DNA of 64,000 nt from an uncultured archaeon (lineage in GTDB: Archaea; Thermoproteota; Bathyarchaeia; Bathyarchaeales; Bathycorpusculaceae), in NCBI GenBank assembly GCA_963782915.1, contig CAWALK010000020.1:96001-160000 (forward strand), read 5' to 3'. The notes below the pieces were generated by a model that did no database searches, was not told the origin of the DNA, and worked only from the letters and a program-made list of their open reading frames with translations. This document shows, piece by piece, positions 63,067 through 64,000 of the stretch (the stretch's first letter is position 1; each line of letters begins with the position of its first letter). A program made the position numbers and the translations under genes.

Positions 63067-63571
63067 TTATTGGCCGATTGTGGTGTCGTAGAGCGTAGAA
63101 TTAAAGGGCACATTAAACAGCACCAGATTAGCTGAGCCTTGAACATTAACAGTTACTCTTCCGCCTCCTGTGATGAGGCCAAAAACTACGGAGGGCACAT
63201 CTGCCAAGTTGAAGGTTACAGGCGCCGATATGACGCTTTGACTGTTACCTCCGATTGTTAATGACACCGAAATCGCCAACTCCTAAACGTTGGCCGTTAA
63301 GGTAAACTGTGAAGCTTCCGCTGGGAATGTAAACGGGCAAAAAGTTAGGGTTGTTAATGTTTATTCCGATGTTTAGGGTCAAAGAACTGGAGGTTACGGT
63401 GCCTAAACCAACGTTGTTTAACTCAAACGTTAGGTTATGATATGCGTTATAGTAGTAGACGACTAAACTGACGAGCGCTATGACTATGATTATTATGATT
63501 ATTGCTGCGATTACTTTGGTGGATCCTTTTCGACTGTATTTTAGGCGTTTGACAAACTTGTTGATTAACAA
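63067..63571 (-). CDS. LEA type 2 / WHy-domain membrane-anchored protein (frameshift ~63270)
   Basis: TM helix then INNPNFLPVYI..F.VYLNG..LG.G motif. Confidence 0.8.
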
Positions 63572-63667
63572 AACCTTCTGTTCCTAAACCCAAGGGTCTA
63601 GCAGTTTATCAGGAAATAAAAAGAATTGTGCCTGCAATCCAACAGGAACAAAAAAGAAAGAATTTGG

Positions 63668-64000
63668 TTAGGCTTTGTCGAGGTTGAATTCTTCATGAAT
63701 CGCCCGAACAACAGCAGCGCCGTCTTTCTCTTTGACGACAAACGATATGTTGAGTTCGGAGCTGCCCTGCGCAATCATGCGGATGTTTATGCCCTTCTTG
63801 GCGACGGTGCTAAAGATTTTTGATGCAACACCCAAGGTGCCTTTCATGCTAGCGCCCATGACCGCGATGACTGCAACGTCGTCTTCTGTTGTGACTTCGC
63901 TGACTATTCCGCCTCTTTCCTGCAAAGCGATTTCAATGTTACTCACAGCTCTGCCCAGAACGCCCCGTTTGATTATCATGGATATGTTGGCTTCGGAGGC
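63668..64000 (-). CDS. lysC: Aspartate kinase, C-terminal ACT domains (5' truncated by window)
   Basis: IAVMGASMKGTLGVASKIF, INIRMIAQGSSELNISFVV and AIHEEF motifs. Confidence 0.92.
   Translation of the reverse strand, partial: ASEANISMIIKRGVLGRAVSNIEIALQERGGIVSEVTTEDDVAVIAVMGASMKGTLGVASKIFSTVAKKGINIRMIAQGSSELNISFVVKEKDGAAVVRAIHEEFNLDKA

Noticed and set aside
5699-63571. Many split genes (kdpC, argD, tadC, pilin, helicases, nuoL/M/N etc.) as pseudogenes or programmed frameshifts
   Set aside because: Breaks are single-base, often in short homopolymers, and scattered through core genes whose motifs are otherwise intact; this fits long-read indel error
1-64000. CRISPR array, tRNA, rRNA, transposase or integrase
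   Set aside because: No regularly spaced repeats, cloverleaf or rRNA-like tracts, or recombinase motifs seen; the Cas4-like nuclease domain has no cas neighbours

Overview
Archaeal chromosomal DNA, most consistent with Bathyarchaeia (TACK lineage), inferred from gene content (Alba, thermosome, two TFBs, LysW pathway, archaeal type IV pilus locus, group 4 [NiFe]-hydrogenase) and GGTGA/GGAGG ribosome-binding sites. Many conserved genes are split by single-base frameshifts, which looks like uncorrected long-read error, so split ORFs are merged below. In order, the window holds: rpiA end; two stand-alone Lrp/AsnC ligand-binding domains and kdpABC; lysM plus a lysW-lysX-argC-argB-argD-argE operon; a type IV pilus operon; a ~1450 aa nuclease-helicase fusion; alba and thermosome; a TetR-led operon with a reductase/acyl-CoA ligase fusion and a GMC oxidoreductase; a TFB-exonuclease-Hrq1 helicase-TFB block; a cobalamin radical SAM enzyme next to an acidic Cys-rich micropeptide; a group 4 hydrogenase/antiporter cluster; CBS, DUF3786 and LEA proteins; and an aspartokinase end. 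The strongest candidate for a new system is a giant pilin-like protein in the pilus operon carrying all three motifs of a Cys-Gln thioester domain (FCMN, EQVALW, YQDLL) nested among Ig-like repeats, suggesting a covalent 'chemical harpoon' adhesin on an archaeal type IV pilus. Also notable are two dispersed intergenic repeat families, several unannotated microproteins, an in-frame TAG in lysX and a conserved TFB leader. All family assignments are from motif recognition, not database searches.
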